Below, one piece after another: positions 58,285 through 64,000 of a DNA stretch of 64,000 nucleotides. The stretch is taken from NCBI GenBank assembly GCA_965235115.1, contig OZ249436.1, positions 46,068,001 to 46,132,000 on the forward strand, written 5' to 3'. Both the position numbers and the translations under genes were made by a program. The notes beneath the pieces were generated by a model. That model had not been told where the DNA came from, did not search any database, and saw only the letters and a list, made by a program, of their open reading frames with translations. Position 1 is the first letter of the stretch, and the number at the start of each line of letters is the position of its first letter. This DNA is from Laetmonice hystrix (lineage: Eukaryota).

Positions 58285-61200
58285 TTACATCCTACCACAT
58301 CGTTTCTTCCTGATGACACGCCGCATCTGTTGTTCCATTGGACGGATTCTGGTCATGGGTAATATGGTGACGTCAGCAGACAGATGTATTGTACCATGCT
58401 GTCTACCAATCGGTGTCAGTTCAGTTTCCTTCGTGAGAATCACCACTTTGACTTTTTCATCTGGAATCAACAAAGGTACAAAGTCTGTGCTCATCCTGCT
58501 GATAGTGGCTTATTGTGATTTAATTAACGCTCATTTTACGGTCAAATAGCTAGGGATTCTATGTTAACAGAGATAATTTACAAAGACACCCCCAATAGAA
58601 ATAAGGGGAAAAAAGAGAAGACATATTTGGCTGCACTAACCTTGCACAATGGTGGAACAGCGGCAGTTGGCAGGCATGGTGAAGTTTGTGTAACGGTTTA
58701 AGTTAATCTTTTTGCCGCTGGGGCGTAGATCAGCCAACATCTTCAGCGGGAATCGAGCTCGACTGCGTACCTCCACCTTGTATCCTGAAACATCACACAA
58801 AGTTTTATAATTAACACAAGTTTTGGGGCCAATAAATAGCACACAGTCTGACTCGAAATACTGGCGAGGCTCTCTCTTTTTATAGTCTATTGTGAAAGAT
58901 TCCAAGCACAACTCACCGTGTCTGGCCAAACAGAACTTGTGTAAGAAATCTTTGGGTACTTGATTTAAACAAGTTGGGCACAGACTCTCCAAGTTAACCT
59001 CGACAACCTGCAAAACGAAGGCAAAAACGTTAGAGTTGAGACTAGATTTGATGGGCATGCAGTGCTGCCCTCTTGATTTGATGGTTGATGGGCATGCAGT
59101 GCTGCCCTCTACTAGATTTGATGGGCATGCAGTGCTGCCCTCTTGATTTGATGGTTGATGGGCATGCAGTGCTGCCCTCTACTAGATTTGATGGGCATGC
59201 AGTGCTGCCCTCTTGATTTGATGGTTGATGGGCATGCAGTGCTGTCCTCTATAGATTTGATGGGCATGCCTTCTGAGGCTTGATTGTTGATGGGCATGCA
59301 GTGCTGCCCTCTACTAGATTTGATGGGCATGCAGTGCTGCCCTCTACTAGATTTGATGGGCATGCAGTGCTGCCCTGTATTGATTTGATGGGCATGCAGT
59401 GCTGCCCTGTATTGATTTGATGGGCATGCAGTGCTGTCCTCTATAGATTTGATGGGCATGCCTTCTGAGGCTTGATTGTTGATGGGCATGCAATGCTGCC
59501 CTCTATTACATTTGATGGGCATTAATTTGATAAGCATGCAGCGTGCCCACTAGTATCTGATAAGTAACATGGAAGCTTACCGGTGGCTGTGAGGTGAATA
59601 TACTGTCGATCGGCAGCCGGTGCTGCCCAAGGAAAGCCGAATCACCCTTGGTTTTCTCATATTCCTCTGGCGTCAATACAGGGAGTTCATTCTTGGTACC
59701 ACAGATTCGACGCAGTTTGTACTTGGCACGAGCTGAGAGGTCTGCAGCATATAAAATAACTTCGACATGGTACGTAGGGACAACCGTCATTCAGGGATTT
59801 TATCAAATAACTTCGATATGGTACGTAGGGACAACCGTCATTCAGGGATTTTATCAAATAACTTCGACATGGTACGTAGGGACAACCGTCATTCAGGGAT
59901 TTTATAAAATAACTTCAACATGGTACGTAGGGACAACTGTCATTCAGGGATTTTATAAAATAACTTCAACATGGTACGTAGGGACAACCGTCATTCAGGG
60001 ATTTTATAAAATAACTTCAACATGGTACGTAGGGACAACCGTCATTCAGGGATTTTATAAAATAACTTCAACATGGTACGTAGGGACAACTGTCATTCAG
60101 GGATTTTATCAAATAACTTCAACATGGTACGTAGGGACAACCGTCATTCAGGAATTTTATCAAATAACTTCGACATGGTACGCAGGGACAACCGTCATTC
60201 AGGGATTTTATCAAATAACTTCGACATGGTACGTAGGGACAACAGTCATTCAGGAATTTTATAAAATAACTTTGATATGGTATGTTGGGACAACCGTCAT
60301 TCAGGGATTTTATCAAATACCGGGGTAACTTTGACATGGTACATATGGACGCCTGTCTCTCGGGAATTTCATAAAATAACTTCGACATGGTACATATGGA
60401 CACCTGTCTCTCGGGGATTTTAGGGAATTCAAACCATTTTAACCATTTGTATGGGCCTTCCAATTCTCCAAAATGGACTTCATTCTGTTGTAACTAACAA
60501 GTTAAGAACTGCTCTACTTCACAAGCCTTGAGAGACAACCCTTATAATATTATGGTATACAGTCATACCTTTGTCATAGTAGTCATAGACGTGGACAAAG
60601 GCAGGTTTGGCATTGGTGATGTCAGTCTCCTGTTCTACGATTAACTTTACGCATGTGAACGTTGTAGTCAACTACAAATACAAGAAGAAGACACAAAATT
60701 AAATCAAACATTTGTCTTCCCCGACATGCTTATTGGTTTGAATAGCTTACTTAGGAGTCAAAACATTTGACACGTTATTCCATAATTATGATGAATTCAA
60801 ACATCCTAGCCATGTCAAGGAATCTAAGTAAACTTAGTGACTTAGTGAACCTACCTGATCAAAGTACAGGTTGGCCCAGTTCTTGTCCACCTCGTAACGT
60901 TTCAGACCAAGTTTGGTATCCTGCATGAGTTGTTTAATCGAATCTTTATCTGGGATGTAACCAGATACCATTTTCACAGCTATGATGGCCATGTTGGACT
61001 CATTACCAGGGCCTGTGTACCTGTGTCAGCAAATCAAATAAAAACATTTACTTTCTAGTAGAACAGTGACTCATGTTGAGGCTAACCTAGTTACAACCAT
61101 GTTAGACTCCCGTATACCTGTGTCAGCATATCAAATTTACTATCTAGTAGAACAATGTTGAGCCTAACCTACTTATAATCATATTTTGATATCAAAAACT

Positions 61201-64000
61201 AATGGCGTATTCTTTCCATTCCTATCGAGACAAACCAAGTATAGAACAGACCTGGTACACACAGTGATCGCTCGTTTCTTACAGCCATCTGCTCCCTGTC
61301 CGTGCGGAGTCGAGGAAGTGCTCACACGCAGAACAAAGGCTGGTTCCTTGTCATCACTCATGTTGTAAACGTTGTACTTCACATTGGCCTAGAAACAAAC
61401 ATCTTGTTTTAATTATACTTACTCGATTCTACAAGCTCTCTCTGAACTCTGAACTTCGTTCTTTCCTTGTCTAATGACAAATAAATTAATTCTAAGATCC
61501 ACACACGGAAAGACATGTAATCTCAATAATCTACTGCTGAGCATATATATATCCTCACACCACACACTACACTTGTACGGACATTGCCCGTCCATTTTAT
61601 TTTTCTGAAAAAACACCATAAAACACCAGACTAGTGCAGCCCTCACCTGGACGAGGACACAGCCGGAACCTGCCACTGTAACAGCCAGCCGGTTAGGAAC
61701 AGAAATCTTCTCTGACTGAAGTACCAAACTGTTGGTCTCGGTCACTGTGAATATCTTCCTAAAGTCTTGACCTTCGACCTTGACCTCCATATTGACCCCA
61801 TCACCATAGACAAGGGAGGCGTATTCTGCCAGTCCATGCAGCGCAACAACTGTATCCTAACGGGTAGAAAGATTGTGTATAAAACCACGCTTCAATATCA
61901 CAAACCTATCATTCTACTATTAGAACCTACAGAGGAATGTGACTAGATCGCTCGCCATATTTACAGCAGTTCTCGGTATATTTTGTAAGAAAGAAAGAAT
62001 TGTCATTATCCTCAAGTGAATTTACTAACCTGTGTTGAAGAGAATCCACCGTAAGCATTACGTTGTTTTGACAGCCATTTGACAATGGGTACACCAGTGG
62101 TGATGGCCGACTCCTCGCCACCGAGAACTTGAGCCAGCAGTGCGTAGGCTGTCATTTCTACATCAGCGGACTTTGCCTGGTAGTAAGGTCGGATGATCCA
62201 ACCATCCACAACCTTTGGTGCCTCGGTGGCCACTGCAGCCTCCCAGTGTATCATTCCATCTGTGAGACACAAGGAAACCGTACAAATTCGGATTCTACTC
62301 GTTTCTAACTGGTTCGGGTACAGTGAAATTCTGAAAGGTGTAGCTCGACTACTTTGTCAGACACGGTGAGTTGTGCTTGGAATCTTTCACAATTATAAAA
62401 AAAAGTCCCGCCATTATTTCGAGTCAGACTGTGGGCTATATTGGCCCCCGAAATTGTGTAAATTACAAAACTATTTTTGTGATGTTTCAGGATACAAGGT
62501 GGAGGTACGTAATCGAGCTCGATTCCTGCTGAAGGTGTTCAGCTTTTACATAGAGTTTGGGGGCCCCAACACCGCATATAAAAAATATAAAATAAAAATA
62601 TCTCAAAATATTTCTATAGCAACATAAAAAATTATAATCAAGAACTGAAACCTATCCGATACAGCCAGCTATGGACTGATACCATGATTAAGAACGCTGG
62701 CGTCTGCTTAGTACTCTGAAAACCTGCTAGATGGCAGGACCAACCCCATGGCCGGTTTTCCAGTCTATGAATCTGACGGATTCAAGGTGCAGAATAATTA
62801 AGAAAATACGATTAGCACTATTTGCTAATCAATTGCAGAAATGAATTGCAACTACCAAGAATTGAATAGCAAATTCGGTTTTACTTTAAGCAAAGACATA
62901 CATATGACGGTTTGCAAACAATGCAAACCATTTTCTTATTTGAATCTCATAACCCTTCAATTGTGTAGCAATTAATTGCGATGCGAAACAGGTTATTTTG
63001 TGCCTTGCCGTGCAGGATTACATAGGGATGGCCAGAAAACTGGCATACAAACCTGACGTGGTTAAACTCTGTTTATCCAACGTGTATCAGTATTGGTCTT
63101 ACATTAAGCTGTCCTTCCCAGCTGTCTATTACAGCTGTGGTTTTCAGCCCCAGTTTAACTCTGTGACATGTCTAAAGCCTTTTTTTACATCTAGGATACA
63201 AAATTTATCAAAATTACGACATTCCATGTTAAGCTTTGCCTCTGTTACGTACCGTCTCTCTTGGCCAGTGCGGCGAGCCTGTCCATGGCGGCTGCCCTCT
63301 CCGGCGAGGCTGGGTTGTAGAGAGTATAAGTGTAGGCGAGCAGGGCCGTTGTATAGACATCAGGTTCCGTCTCCTGTGCCCTCAGACACAGAAGGGCGTC
63401 TGTCACTGCTTCGTCCTACCAATCAACCATACAATTAATGACTTTATCTAGGAGGTCAAACTGCTCGTCACAACGGTTGAGATTAGGGCTCAGAAATCAG
63501 AAATATACTCATTTATACAGCAGGTATACCCTCGATATTCAATGGTAGTCGATCATAGCATAAATTAACATGTTTTAATATGTCCAAAACTAAGTTACTA
63601 GGTTTTACCACTGGACGACTTATCTACTCTTTGTGGTAAACAAAACAAATATAGAAGTATACAACTTCATCAAAATACGACTGATACATAACATTGTGGG
63701 TAACTACAACAAGTTTTTTTTTTAATTTTAATTTTTTGAATTTTTTGTTGAATTCATAAGACAGAGACAAGGTTTGTACGAGCCTACCTGTTTATCAATA
63801 CCAGCCTCCAGCATGGCAGCAAGCACGTACGCAGTGAGCGCAGCGGGTGAGGACCCACCGTTTAACAAGCCACCTTTCATAGACTTGTGGTGGACTGTTC
63901 CCACCTGGGGGAAACAGCCATTCTCCAACTGTTTACTCTTGAACCATGTCAAGCTCTTCTCAAGGTCTTCTTGGTCAATGTGGATAAACTTGGAGGCCTG
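58285..64000 (-). CDS. Alpha-2-macroglobulin-family thioester-containing protein (A2M/CD109/TEP-like), 3' part, with C-terminal NTR/C345C-like domain
   Basis: Exons >64000-63788, 63415-63253, 62259-62030, 61856-61647, 61388-61252, 61020-60855, 60671-60569, 59741-59581, 59007-58917, 58784-58641, 58460-58285, phases consistent. Motifs: QLENGCF, LTAYVL, DVEMTAYALL, WLSKQRNAYGGFSSTQDTVVAL, SNMAIIAVKMVSGY, LYFD, KPAFVHVYDYY. The thioester GCGEQ motif would lie outside the window. Confidence 0.93.
59041..59522. repeat. Degenerate ~30-40-bp tandem repeat in a thioester-gene intron
   Basis: Core TTGATGGGCATGCAGTGCTGCCCTCT. Confidence 0.92.
59750..60420. repeat. 51-bp tandem repeat, ~11 copies plus 2 diverged
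   Basis: Unit AT(A/C)AAATAACTTC(G/A)ACATGGTACGTAGGGACAACCGTCATTCAGGGATTTT. Confidence 0.95.
62358..62543 (+). pseudogene. Inverted, diverged copy of the thioester gene's exon-intron-exon segment 58732-58924
   Basis: Plus strand reads CAGACACG|GTGAGTTGTGCTTGGAATCTTTCACAAT...TGTGATGTTTCAG|GATACAAGGTGGAGGTACG...CGAGCTCGATTCC, matching the minus strand of 58924-58732. Confidence 0.9.

Noticed and set aside
59594..60328. 244-aa plus-strand ORF
   Set aside because: A 51-bp repeat antisense to the thioester gene intron.

Overview
Eukaryotic (invertebrate metazoan-type) genomic DNA, rich in introns, minisatellites and non-autonomous DNA transposons. Three multi-exon genes can be rebuilt with consistent GT-AG phases. 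RPL17 lies on the minus strand (CDS 23412-27120, with a non-coding 5'TOP first exon at ~27992-28017). A MEK1/2 orthologue (MAP2K1/2) lies head-to-head on the plus strand (CDS 28310-47585). The 3' part of an alpha-2-macroglobulin-family thioester protein lies on the minus strand (58285 to beyond 64000) and ends in an NTR/C345C-like module. A probable first coding exon of a fourth gene runs off the left edge. Highlights: (i) MEK has two paralogous, equal-length (86 nt) copies of exon 8 that look mutually exclusive, plus a possible truncating third variant, hairpins, a CTCF-like motif and UGCAUG motifs; (ii) tandem repeats repeatedly multiply real splice sites or abut them; (iii) an inverted copy of the thioester gene's own exon-intron-exon junction sits in an upstream intron of the same gene. 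Almost all long ORFs in the supplied track are repeat artefacts. All coordinates were read by eye and no database search was run.
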